DNA from: Bigelowiella natans CCMP2755
Taxonomy: Eukaryota; Protista; Cercozoa
Length of the DNA stretch: 64,000 bases
Direction: 5' to 3'
Assembly (NCBI GenBank): GCA_000320545.1
Contig: ADNK01001130.1
Coordinates: 62,001 to 126,000, forward strand
The position numbers and the translations under genes were made by a program. Shown here in pieces: positions 37,426 to 50,233 of the stretch (position 1 is the first letter of the stretch; each line of letters opens with the position of its first letter). Under the pieces are notes generated by a model. That model searched no databases. It was not told where the DNA came from and saw nothing but the letters and a program-made list of their open reading frames with translations.

Positions 37426-40400
37426 ATGGCGGATGATGAACGCGATGATGACATTCGGATAGTTGAGGAGCTCGCATTGCTACTCGCAAGTAAAAACTAT
37501 GTTCATCCACCGAAAAAATTCAGTTCAATGCTCCTCGTCGTATTTACTGTTTAATGCTTATCGTTAGCTCCTGACCAACTTGAAAATCTCCCCCAGTACA
37601 AATCTCAATTTAGAGAAAAAATGGAGGTTCGAAACGAGATGTTACTGTTGTTATCGCATGTATCGAATAATTGTGTTGTACAGATCTCGGCTTCCAGCCT
37701 CCAAGGAACCTATGAAAGTTTTTTGGCGAATCGCATGTATTGCTTGTGGAACTTGGCGTTCATAATTTTATCGCACGCAATTGCTTGATTGATTGATTGT
37801 GACATTATGACAGAATTGCTTATGAACTAATGCCACGGACCAAGAAGCTTGTACGGCTTATTAACCACGATCTTACAAAGCTGTCTAAAGAATCTTCTCA
37901 GTGTTCAGCCCTCTTTAAGAATCGAGCTCATCAAGAAATTGTATTGTCCACAACTGTGTCACTATATCATTTATTGATAGGTTTTATTATTAGATCAATA
38001 GAATAAAAATCGTACGCAAGAACTTCCGGCGCGTTGAAATTCTTCAAAGAGAAGTCTCGGCAGTACCAGCAAAATTAAAGGCTGTACGTACAATATCTTT
38101 GCTCGATCGAATCATCAGGCGATAAAACCTTGGTCCGCAGGTAGAGGATATATTGGCTAGGATGGAAGGAGAACGTGTTCCCCTGCACGACAGAAAAATT
38201 AAAGTGAAAGACCTCTGCCATCACATAAAATGATTGACAGATAACACTAATAAGTACGTTCTTTGCAGGATGCATATCTAGACCTCAGGAGCTTAGTAGT
38301 ATTAAGAAATAAAATCTGGAAGGAAGGCCCAAAAACTTCGTCGGACGAATTTGCACAATTCAAAGATGATATGCGATCTACATTTGGCAAGATTGATGAT
38401 GTGATGTTTCTATATTACATAAAATTGCCTTCCATTAAATATTTATTGGCAACTTAGGCGGCAAGTCAACTAGAGAATGTTGTCCTCGAAAATGTAGAAG
38501 ACGGGCTAGACCTTTGTAGAGCGGTAAACTCCAACTTTCAATACACAGTAAATGTTAAAGACACGCGTTAAATAATTGTCTTAGGATCCAACCACTCTGA
38601 TCTACTCCATCGTAGTTATAGAAATGGAGGTAGTGGGAAAGGAATAACATTGAAATATGATAAAGAAAATTTGATAATGTGATAACTACTTCTCAGGACC
38701 GAGCAAAAAATAAAGTCTTCACTTGCAACCCAATGCACGAAATTGGGAATTCTGGAAGCGGCTCCGAAGATATTAAAATGCGCTTGAAAGCACTTAACAG
38801 AGTAAACTAATAGTATCTGGATTATATACTTTTATCTCATTATCGAATCTGTGGGCAGATCGAAGAGTCAATTGTCGAAACCTTTTATCAAGTCCTACAG
38901 GGGGATCCGAACAGGCTTACTGGACAATTAGTACCAGAGACTGGATCTACTCCAGACAAACGAAGCCGTCCCGTTTCGAAGCTTGGAAATGAAAATTTTA
39001 CTGAGAACTCTGGATTAAGCGCCTTCAAAGCCCAATCTATAGATCAGGTTAAGGCTACGGGTGTATTTGATTAAATTATTTAAAGGCATGATAGCGGCTG
39101 GAATTGTATATTTCTCGCCATTATTCAGGTATTGGCCTCTCTAGATAAACTTGTTGACGATCTCTATTTGGTGAAAGATGAAGTCTGTCCTTTATATCCA
39201 TCCGATTACAACATACTCTCGGTCTATGTGCATCGGTAGATAGATTTTCACGTCAATAACTGTTATTTATTGAAAGTCAATGCAATGTTATGTAGGTATA
39301 TAAAATATCTAAATGCAGATCTGTCCAGTAGACTATCCCATCCAGAAAAGCTGTCACAATCTGGTAAAATGATAATAACCTTTTTGCCGTTTGTAGATTG
39401 TAGATTTCATTTATTTTTAACAGACTTGTTGAGATGGTCATCTTGGATACAACGCTTTCGACAGCATGTAAAGACGCTAGGATTCGATCTACCAGGTGCC
39501 GTAATGCCATGTGATCACCACCATTGCGTAGCTGATAAAGCTGTTTTTGTACCATAGAGGAGCTTCAAGATTTGATACTCAAACTTGCTGGAGTTTATAA
39601 GGTTGAACGCCTACGTCTTTTTATAACTTAAAAAATGTGTAAATAAGTAATTTTAGATGAAATCATACGAACATCTCCTGTTACCTATCAACAACATTTT
39701 GGAAACTGAAAGGGAAGAAGAACCGGTAGAAACAGTTGATTGTTCGTTGATTCTGATTTGAGTTATAGTTTATGCATAGGTGGAAGATAAGAATGGATAT
39801 CCTAGAATGAGAGGCCCGCGGGATCTTTTTGGAATCCTTCATAATGTACAAGATTTCTGAACATAAGAAAAGTACTAACTAATTTCATTTTATGTTTAGC
39901 ATTGGGATAATGTACTTGCACAAAGCATGGGAGAAAAAATGAACTCTAAGGTCTTCACCATCCTTGAGATATCATCATGCAACGTTCCTCAAATTTAATT
40001 TTAGAAGTTTAAGATTATTTCGATTTAGGCAATCCTCGAGGTAGCAAAAACTTATGCAGGGACTCTCATATACGTTCAAAGAAATCATGTGAGATTTTGG
40101 GTATGTGAAGATGAAACTGAATATCCTTGTAGAAACTGACCTTGCAAAAACTGATTTCAAATTATTAACTTAGAAAACTCTGGTCTACAATGAAATCAAG
40201 GTTTGAAAAGTGACATCAAATACATTTTTGAACGGCAAGTGTTATTATTTCAATCCAGAATGACAAGGAACCTGAATTACATATTGTGGTTGATGGAAAA
40301 CCCAAAACCGAGCAACATGTTGCAGCCTGGATAAATGTAAATAAGAAAGATCTTAGATTCCAGTAAATCATTTACTCATCATCACTCTAATTGAAATGAT

Positions 40401-42599
40401 AGAGTTCTATTCGATATCAAGAATTAACTGCCCAGCTAACTAAAAGAATCCAGGAACATGTTCAAAGGTTAATCATCATGTCAATGTTGTAGGGCTTTCA
40501 GAATCTATTTTGCTAGGTGTCTTGAGGTCGAATTCGGTGAGATAACGCCGGTTCATCAAGAAAATTTTGTGAGGAAGGTTCAAGAGGCCCGATGGAGTAG
40601 CCGTAAAATAGTTTAATTGATGCTAAAGTAGCTGCAAGTAGTTCCAGCATTGGAAGAAGTATGAGGTCATCCAATGGCCTTAGCACAGAGGAGATCGAAT
40701 CTATTAAATCACGAAAGGATGTAAGCATCTCTCTTCACTCCGTGATGTCCTTGGTAAATATATACATTTATTCAGTATCCTCAAGATCTTTTTCACCTGA
40801 TGATGTCATTTGATAACACCAAAAGGCCGAGAAAGGCTTTCAAAGAGTAACAGATTCTGCTGTCAATGGCCTCGCAGTAAGATTTATTTTTTAATGTAGA
40901 TAATACTCATAACTGAACGTAACCCTAGGGATTTGTGGTTTCAATTTGCAAAGAAGAGTTCAAATCTCTATTTTCACCTAGTTGGTTGAAGATTGTAAGC
41001 CAGGAGAATTGCCAGAAGCCAACAGCCACTTTGAACATAGAAAGTGCCTTAGAACCTCCGCAACTTCTTCAACTCCAGCTATCGAATTGCGCTGTGGCAG
41101 CAACGCCAACTTCGGAATCTGGTAGCATTCCCTTTTTTAAGGAAGAAATTCCTGCAGTCGTACAAATTGCTCAGGTGAAGCCGTGGTTTAATGTGATGAA
41201 ATGTGTCTCAATGATCTGATACTTAAATTCCTTTACAGGAGCTCCAACTTGCTATGGTCGATTATGCAGCGTTGGTATAGAAATTTATTCAATTGTTGAA
41301 ATAAACATTTAGTAATCTATCTAAAGAGTTTCAATGCTCCAGATATCTGACGAAAAAGTTCAGTCCCAGCTCGCCGAACGACTAGTGATGAGAACTTTGA
41401 AAACATATTTTTCTCAGGTGATAAAGTATTTTGGCTTAAGTAGAGAGTTCTGATTGTAAACGATTATGACAGTTTGCAGCATCAAAGCGAAGACTCACAG
41501 ACGATCAAAGAACGGTTTTTTAATTTCGAAGTTCAGAAAATGTATGATGGTCTGAAAAGTTGAATTTTCGAAGAAATTTGGCTCTGGAATTTCTGCAGAT
41601 TTAGATGCAATGAAGTCTCGATTAAAGGTATTTACTGCTTTAAAAATTCTCAATTTTCTCCTTCCAACCGTACAATTTCTATAGGATCCTTCGGGGATTG
41701 AGAACAACAAAGCAGAAGTCTACGCGTAAGTAAATCATATGCAACAAATTAATATCTAATTATCTCACAAAATTAGGTTTGAGGACAGTATGTTAAACAA
41801 TTGTTTCGACAAGTTTATGTTTGTTTCGGATTTTCTTAATGAGCAAGATCCAGAAAAAGCAGCCGTTGCTTTAACAAATGTATATCTAAAGTTAATACAA
41901 ACCATTAAGGTATAGTCCTTTATTCAATTACGCCATACTTCTGACCAATACAGGCACTGGGAACAATAATTACGGAATTCAACGCACATGAAGGACTAAA
42001 CTTCGTTACGGGGATGTCGAAGCTACGGCCAGATCTAAGTGCACAATGGAAGCTGCTTCTGCAACAGGTAGGATGTCCTCAGCGGTGGAGCTTCTTCTTA
42101 AATGATTTAGCATCCATTGATCTCTGAATAAGCTAATTTTAAGATCACAATTTTTATCAAAGGAGTTCCAGTATCGACTTTCCAATCATGAAGAGGAAAC
42201 TGAGGTAATATCTACAACTTCTGTATAAAGATTGTTCATTTTGTAAAGTTTATCCTATCCCACAAGGGTAAATCAGTTGACACAATAGCACAGAGGCTGC
42301 GACTGCCCTGGGCGTCCTTGAGCAATGGTTCTCCTTCCATTGAAAGTGACGTCTCCAGTTCATGGCTTTCGAACTTTGGAGTCACCGTAACGCGCTCCGA
42401 GACAGAAGCTACTTCTCATGACCCTCATGTAGAGTCAAAAATATCCCAAAACGCACCTCCACCTTCTGTGAAGCCAGATGATGATACAAAAGAACAATCA
42501 GCTGCTACAGCAGTGAAAAAGACGTCACATGTTAGATCCAACACCATGGACACTGACATTGACGCAGAAATAATATCTCTGGATGATTTTCTTTCGTGA
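37426..42599 (+). CDS. SEC6: Exocyst complex component SEC6/EXOC3, many short introns
   Basis: N-terminal LLATPDQLENL, LVDDLYLVKDEVCPLYPSDYNILSVYVHRY, GPRDLFGILHN; a long helical protein assembled from many small exons. Confidence 0.72.
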
Positions 42600-42739
42600 T
42601 CGACAAAGATATCACAGCAGCTCTCAACAGTCCATGGTTTAAGTTCTGATCATGAATGTGTAAAAAATAAAAGCAATGAGCCAGTTATTGAGCATCGAAT
42701 GAATCATGACACAGCTCAACTATTACAATTCTCTTGTTC

Positions 42740-43400
42740 ACAGAATGGACAGATGGTGCGTGCTAGCGTGTGAGATCCAATTGCGAGCGCTACATGACGA
42801 CAATTTTGAGCATTTCGGCTACATGCACATGACAATTACATCTGCGCAGAGTGCAATGCAGACTTGAGAGGACTAGAGGATGTGATGAATCACGAACATG
42901 CTAGATGCATGTATGTGCGTTGCATGACTAATAGCCAATCTAGGTAGCTAGCAATCTAGCAATGCTCAAAAAGGCCTAGATGACTTCCTTAGCAACGGCC
43001 TGCTCTAATGCTGGACGAATCATTTCATCCACAAGCCACCTAGATCAGTTTTAGAGTGTTACATGCATGCTAGCATGCGGCCTAAATGCTCGCGCGCATT
43101 TCTAAGCTTCAACTCTGAAACCCTCTGAAATGTTCTAAAAAGCTTCTAGCTAGCATGCTAGCATGGTCTAGTGGTTACGACAGAACAGAATCTGTCAAGC
43201 GTACATTCACATCTCTTGATCTAACGAGCTAGCTAGCTAGTTAAACATGCATGATTGCACATCTAGACACGGCAAAACTAGAAAAGGTTACATCCCAAGT
43301 TTCAAACAGTATGTTGCACATCTTGCACACAGCTCACTCACTATGTCGAAGCGTTAATTGCTGTTGAATTGAGTAATGAAACCATGAAGCCTTAGCCTGC
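42740..43400. other. CTAG-rich convergent intergenic block
   Basis: 18 CTAG in 42760-43282, between the SEC6 and GNAT stops. Confidence 0.85.
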
Positions 43401-43532
43401 CACTAGTGCATTTTGCGGACATTCACAACATGTATTTGAATTCTACAATGTCTAATGGAAGGAGAACAATAATGTCCATTATTTACTTGAGGTGATTACT
43501 TTTTTTGTCATTTATTTGATCATTGTGTTCTT

Positions 43533-44760
43533 CTATTCGAAGGGAGATTCAAAAGTTGATGTCCTTCTGACCATGAACGCCAACACACCATTTGGACTGT
43601 CGTAAGGTTCCCTGTGCAACATTTTCTGCGTCCTAGCAAATTTCAAAATACATGTTATAAACCATTCCGATCGTGACAATCAACAATAAACCTGTAGCCA
43701 ATACGCTGATAAAATCCTATTGCATGAGCTTGTGAATGCAGGGATGTCGTTCTGTAAATTTTACATTGCACAACAAGGATTCAACCCAAGAATAATGATT
43801 TCAAGATGGTAAAGATTCGGGAATTGAATTTATTACATTAAGTTCTTTTCCTCGGCAAGCATGTGAATCATGTCCATGACACTCTGTGCATATCCTTGCC
43901 GTCGATACTCCTGGATGCACAATGATGAGAACAGCGAAACACATAGTTCTGGCAAATACCTATAGCCGTCATTACCTTGAGCACTGCAACGTTCGACACA
44001 ATTCCTTGTCGATATAATCCGTCTCTCAAAGTAACCATCCTCCCTGATGAAGCATATCCCTCATTTTCTGACTACCGCGAGCGTAAAAAAAAATCTTTTT
44101 TTGACGGGCAAACATACCTGTAGCAACTGGGATGGTAGGGTTTTCTCTATGGTACGACACCACATGGAAAACCTACAGGCGAGTCAAAAGTAGATATGAA
44201 CTCTCGCGCAAGAAAATAGCGGAATATCATAGGAGTCACCATACCTCAGGCATCAATGCGGGATTTCCCTTTGAGTCCATGTCCCACTGGTCAAAGGCAT
44301 TGAGAATTCCCTAATTCACACAATACTACTTACAAAAACCGCACGATGGGTGATTGAAATTTACCTGTTCTTCGACAAACACTTTCTTCCGAACATGCAT
44401 GGCGTCTTTAAGATTCTCTAGTTCTGATGCCATAATCGTACGAGGTGCAGCCCTCCCCTCTTTACTGCTTTTTCGAAGGTCTAGGCTATCCTCCCCATTT
44501 CCTATACTTGATCTTAATTGTTCGATTCCTGGCTCTTGGTCCCGCATTGAAATTCTTATCCTTCGCGTAGTAGCTGGCGTCCTAATTCGATGCGCCGTCC
44601 CATGTAGCGAGCATCGATTGCTCCCTATGGTTATACTCGAGCCAGATCCAAGGCTAGGAGGGTGATTAGAGCGGATTTTACTGTATAGACATGCAAGAGA
44701 AAGGCAGAAGAGCAGACTCGAGAACGGGTAACTGGTAGCACAATCTCGTTGGGTCATCAT
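43533..44760 (-). CDS. GNAT N-acetyltransferase (ElaA/YjcF-like) with bipartite signal + transit-like N-terminus
   Basis: AMHVRKKVFVEEQ, PVATGRM, ERCAVLKEYRRQGYA, LHSQAHAIGFYQRIGY; N-terminus SSLLFCLSLACLYS followed by a Ser/Arg-rich stretch. Confidence 0.85.
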
Positions 44761-44951
44761 CACATTAGGCTAGGTGCTCATGTGTGGGCGACGGGCAGCT
44801 TCTTCCTCCTCCAGCTCGTAGGAAGCCGAAAAGATAGGCTATCCTGCTATTACCGACATTTTTATTGGAAGAACTTATTTTTTTTAATTTAGTAATAAAA
44901 TGCGATTAATAAAATGCTATTTCATGCATGTGCTGAGATGTACTCCTAACA

Positions 44952-45965
44952 ATGAGCGCTACGTGTGGCAACTTTGGAAGGAAATCCTATGGTGCGTGCA
45001 TTGTTTACTCACCTGAGATCTATGTGAAGAGTAGTAGTAGGTCAACTACGTCTAACGACATCGTGGTTCTCTTTCTTTTTGCAGTTGCCGCTTCTTCCTC
45101 TTCTCCTTCGTTTGTGCCGAGTACAACATGGTCGAATTTCCATCCTAAGACAAGCATGAGGCCAAGTCGTAGAGGAGAAGTGTCGCCTTCTGTGCTTTCA
45201 GTCTGTGTGTCATGAGCAAGGACATGCCTCTATCTTGGAGTGAGTTTTGGAGAGAGCACTGTTCCTTGTGTCGCTGTCCCAAAATTCCCTGCAAATCGAT
45301 CGTCCGACATCATGAGCATCATGTCTTCGCACAACAAACAACTTTCCGAGTTCCGTCTGCCGGCGCGCTTCCGGTTCCAGCCTCTTCGGGTCGCTCCCAG
45401 CTTCGACCATTGCGCGCACATATACAGTAGCATGCAAGCGGCCAAAATCTCATCTTCTAAACAAATTCCATCACCTTCTAACCTTGCAGTACCAAACTCT
45501 CCCGGAAAGCGTGTCGTGGAAAAAGGGAAGGGTGAAATCTCGAGTGGGGGAGTCGAAATACAAGCTTCAGACGTTGAACACAAATTTGGGAAGTCGCTCG
45601 AAAACTTTGTGCCTCGTCATTCAAATCCAATGGTTCTTATAAATCCAATGAACAATGAGAGACGGTATGAAATTAAAAATATGCTACTCTCGAGCCCAGG
45701 CCCTCGCTCCTTCGCCTGGCAATCTACTGGGCTATCTAACATCGAACAAGAAAATCGATACCAATGGGAATATTATTTTGCTTGGAGATACGCTGCAAAT
45801 GGGGAAGATGATGAAGAATTTCGGGAATTATTGAGGACCGACACTAAAGAATATGTAAAATCTGAAAAACCGATGAGATTCCGTGAAAATTGCCGCTTCC
45901 ACTGCGATTCTAAATGTCCCTGCAACGAAAGAAGAAACTGTGAAAATACCTGTGCCATTATTTAA
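44952..45965 (+). CDS. Hypothetical protein with Cys-rich C-terminus ending in a CaaX motif (CAII)
   Basis: 241-aa ORF 45240-45965 ends CRFHCDSKCPCNERRNCENTCAII*. The 5' structure is unclear (same-frame ORF 44952-45215 upstream). Confidence 0.55.
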
Positions 45966-46700
45966 GTTAACTAGACCAATGATGACTACCGCTAAACATT
46001 AGGATACATTCGGAGTTGTTAGAGTACATGCAACTACTTAGTACTTCGAGATGCCAACGTGATGATAGCTAGCAAACAGCAAACAGGAGATTTCGAAGAC
46101 TCATTAGCTAAGAGCAACTAGCATGTTCACGTTCAAGAGTTACAAAACAAACTTCGTGGTGTCCATTACTGAGACAAATTTAATCATGTGCAAGATGGTG
46201 TGTCACATCATATATATAATGAGTACTTCTAGACTTATTCTATCCGCTCAGCGCTTAGCGAAAGGACGGTCACCATTTCAGTTTGTCTAGTTGTGCTGTC
46301 TAGCTGTCCTGAATCTAGCAATATGTGCCTACGCCGCGGGCACATAACGCTCAGTTATTTGCAAGTAACAAGACGGCAGCGAGTTAATGCTGTACATGAT
46401 GTTCCTTGCTTGCTAGCTTGTGTGACGATAATTCTTGATAGTGTCGCGCTCGCATCGCTAGATCGCATCTCTAAATCTGACTAGCTGCGAGGATCAGCGC
46501 AATTCTAAAAGTACGTGTGCACTTAATAGTTTGAGCGCATGGGCGTGGCTGTATGTACACGCATTCTTTGCTAGTTTTGTGGCTGCATTATCAAAATCTC
46601 TAGATGTGTTGGGTGTGATCTATTTCTGGTGTCCCTCCAGAAGCAAACCCACCCTTCGTTGCATTAGCTAGCTCTAGCTTGACGCATCTTGCATGTGTAC
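45966..46700. other. CTAG-rich convergent intergenic block
   Basis: About 14 CTAG in 710 bp, between the CaaX gene and TOR stops. Confidence 0.75.
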
Positions 46701-46875
46701 AATAGACAGAACAACTTCGATGCTAAATAGCTACTTTTTAATTATCAATATGACCTCAACAACAGCTTATACCATTCATGATATTGCATGCAGGAAGAAC
46801 GCCATTGGATGCAATACCAGGCGAATGGTATGCTCTGTGTATGTAATATTCTCATGGACTTCATTTCTCCTCGAT

Positions 46876-47614
46876 TTACCAGAAAGGGCACCATCCAATG
46901 TAACATTGACTTAGATTTGCGTGCGATGTTGCTTGACGGATCAACTTTTCCACTTGTTGAGGCACATTCAGCGGCTCACCTAAGATGTGTAGTACGAAAG
47001 ACGAGGAGGTTGACACATGCTGTTGTCGTTGGACATGAGCATTACATAATCATGACTGTGCATCTCTCTATTCTTCTTCGCTGTTGCTTTTCGTCAAGAA
47101 AATGTAGTTATTACCGTCTCCAAAATCCTTCCCATCTAGCTTGTCAGCTATTCGTCCTATTACTTTAAGGGCTTTTTGATTCAAAACACCTGTCCCCCCT
47201 ACCCCTTCTCTGTTATTATTGTTTTCCGTTGCGGCCGCTTCTTCCTCGCGGCCGAGAAGTGCTGCAGAGCTCTCAGAAAGCCCACTTCCCTGATCACCAG
47301 TAGAAACACAGATAGATATATCACATGCTTGTGCCATAAAAATGGCCAACTTCCTCCTCCTCCTCCTCCTTCTCCCCTAAAGCTTCACGCACCTTTTCAT
47401 CGTCATCATTGTCATCTTCTTCAATCTCCTCCTTTTGCTCTGGATTCTCATGCAGGCGGCTAACTTTGGTTTGCAAGAGACGCCAATTTATGAGCGGATC
47501 ATATACGAATGCCTCTAACACTGCCATGACACTCTCCTTGTGTCCTCTTAACACACGCATCACCGCCTCGCACGTGGAACGGAAGTTTCCTTCAATTCCG
47601 CTTACCTAAGAATA

Positions 47615-47648
<34 letters not shown>

Positions 47649-47853
47649 GCTCCCTAAGAATTCTTCTAGTACCATCACGTGAAAGTAGGCTGTTACCTCC
47701 ATTGCATTGATCAGCATTCGAGTGAGCCGGAAAGGAATTTTCTCAGGAAACTTTTCGCGCTGCATTGCCACCTGACAACAATTCATTGTGACGATGATGC
47801 TTGCTAAATGATGACTCACGGAATGACTTACGAAGCTGCTTATGAGTCAACGT

Positions 47854-47892
<39 letters not shown>

Positions 47893-49142
47893 CATATTAT
47901 ATGTATGTATAGAGAGAGGCGAAAGATATATGACACTGACGATTGTACTGGTAATTTGGCAGAACTTAAACAGATGTGTACGCACCTCAAAGCAGTCACC
48001 GAAATCGATATGAATGATCTTTCCGGAGAATTGATCCAGCATGAGGTTGCACGGGTGTCGGTCGCCCAGTCCCAAAATGTAGCCAACCATGCACATCACC
48101 GCGAGAGATCTTGTGTAATTCGTTCGCCTATCAAGCCAAGTCTCCGAGTCCTGGCTTTTCAGCCAAAGCACATGGTACAAGTCCAGCCCAGAGGTGCGGC
48201 TAAGCGCGTACTCGAATACCTCGATCTTCTCTATCACTGTGAGCTGCTCGTACACGCGGTTGGAGAAGGCCTTGATCAGCATCGTTTCTACTTGAATCAT
48301 GATTGCCCGCGCGTCTCTATACTCTTTGATGAGAGAGTGCAGCGTGTCGCAGTTCTCTAGCCATTGGATCAGACCGGAGTTCGGAGCGAGAGGAATCACA
48401 GAGTACCTAAAGGCAGCAGCAGCAGCAGCACACCATAACATAGAGCATAGAGCATCACAGAAAGAAGATGATCAACGAATGCCGATGTGATGGAAGTGAC
48501 GACAAGCTCGGATATCGATCGACCAACTACCTGTGGATGTTTAGGTTCTTTTGCGTAGTTTGATCATCTGTTGCCAGGAGAGTATTGACCAATCCAAACA
48601 GCTGCATAACCCTTTCATCTTGTCTAAGATCCTCGTGGCCCTTGAGCAGGAACGAGTACTCGAGCTAAGATTGTAGCAGTAGTAGATCACGACAGATAAG
48701 ATTCCAAGAGATGGGGGAGAGAGGAGGGAGAGAGGCGTTTTCATTTCGAAGACAGCCGTGATAAGCATGATTGAAATAGTATGATCTTGGTGTTCGATGC
48801 CATCATCATATTCGGTACTACTACTACTACTACTACAACGACTACTCTCCGAGTCTTTTCCCCGCCCTCCTCATATGCATTTGATCATCATCAAATGGGT
48901 GAATGAATGATGCTGACGATGATTGATCTTACGATGGTGATGATGATAGTAGGTAAGTACTATTATTACCCCATCTGAGCCAATGATCGTCAGCTTTCTT
49001 GGTCTCTGTTTCGATTCGATCACTTTAAGGCGAGGCTCGAACCACGCAATGCGAGTGATTTTACCCTCCATTCCTTCGTCCACGCTGTATGTAGCAAGTA
49101 AAGTGCTGTTTATGTGATGTGTGTCTGTCTATCTGGGAGAGA

Positions 49143-49188
<46 letters not shown>

Positions 49189-49734
49189 GTTGTGCGTGCA
49201 AAATAGGCTATCTTTCTCTCTCCCCCCTCCCTTCCCTCTCCACATACCTGTTGCCGTACTCCTTGCTTCCTCCACCAAAATGCTGCAAGTGCTGATCTTG
49301 ATCAACTCGAGCAGCAGCAGCGGCAGCAGCAGCAGCCCCGCCCTTGCTATGAAGATGTTGGTAGTAATGCTGCTCATCATTCCCTTTCATCAGCATGGCC
49401 ACGCCTTCTCCCATGATAGGATACCCAACTGCCGCTGCAGCAGCTGCATCAGCGGCTCGTACAGAATCTTGGTGTTGATGATATCTGATCGCAACAAATA
49501 CAAATGATTATGGGAAAAACCGTCGTCGTCGTCGTCGTCGTCATTGCTATCATCCACTATCATCAAATACTAAAGTCTTTGAGTTGTTTGACTATCTGCA
49601 AATAGTTTGTACGCGGATCACGTCACATCACAACATACGGAGAAAGAAAGAGGTGTTGTAGCTACTACAACCACCACTATTAGCAGCAGCTACTACTTGC
49701 GGCTGACACACACACACACACACACACAAGGTGC

Positions 49735-49775
<41 letters not shown>

Positions 49776-50201
49776 CTCTTTCTCGGCATTCGTATCAATA
49801 CGTAAAATATGTTGTTGCGAGCGACATCATTTTGACTTTGACGTTTTAACCAACCCCCCCACCCCCCTTAACCCAAAGTAAATGGTTATTACTGGTTTTG
49901 AAAGACGGTGTTGATGTTGGTACTGCTGCTGCTTGTATTATCGGATCCCCCCCCTCTCAACTTAGAAGAAGGCTGCATTCTCTTATTGCCACGACTAGCT
50001 GCTGTTCCTGCTGCTGCAGCAGCCGTTGCAAGAGCATGGGGTCTGATTAGATTGGCCGCAGATACGACTTTCTCGTATGTTCCCGGCACTGCTAGCTCAA
50101 GATGACGCACAGCTTTCAGCTTAGGAGATGCATGGTGTAAATCTACGGTCACAAGCCGTTCTTTGTTCTTGTTGATACGTCTCCACACCTATGTATGATG
50201 A

Positions 50202-50233
<32 letters not shown>

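Noticed and set aside
14580-43400. CTAG blocks as one MITE/TE family
   Set aside because: No shared extended sequence, terminal inverted repeats or target-site duplications visible by eye; not excluded without alignment.
14580-46700. CTAG blocks as fungal-type RIP or CpG-deamination products
   Set aside because: RIP creates TpA, whereas TpA is lost here. CpG remains common in the blocks, so 5mCpG decay does not explain them.
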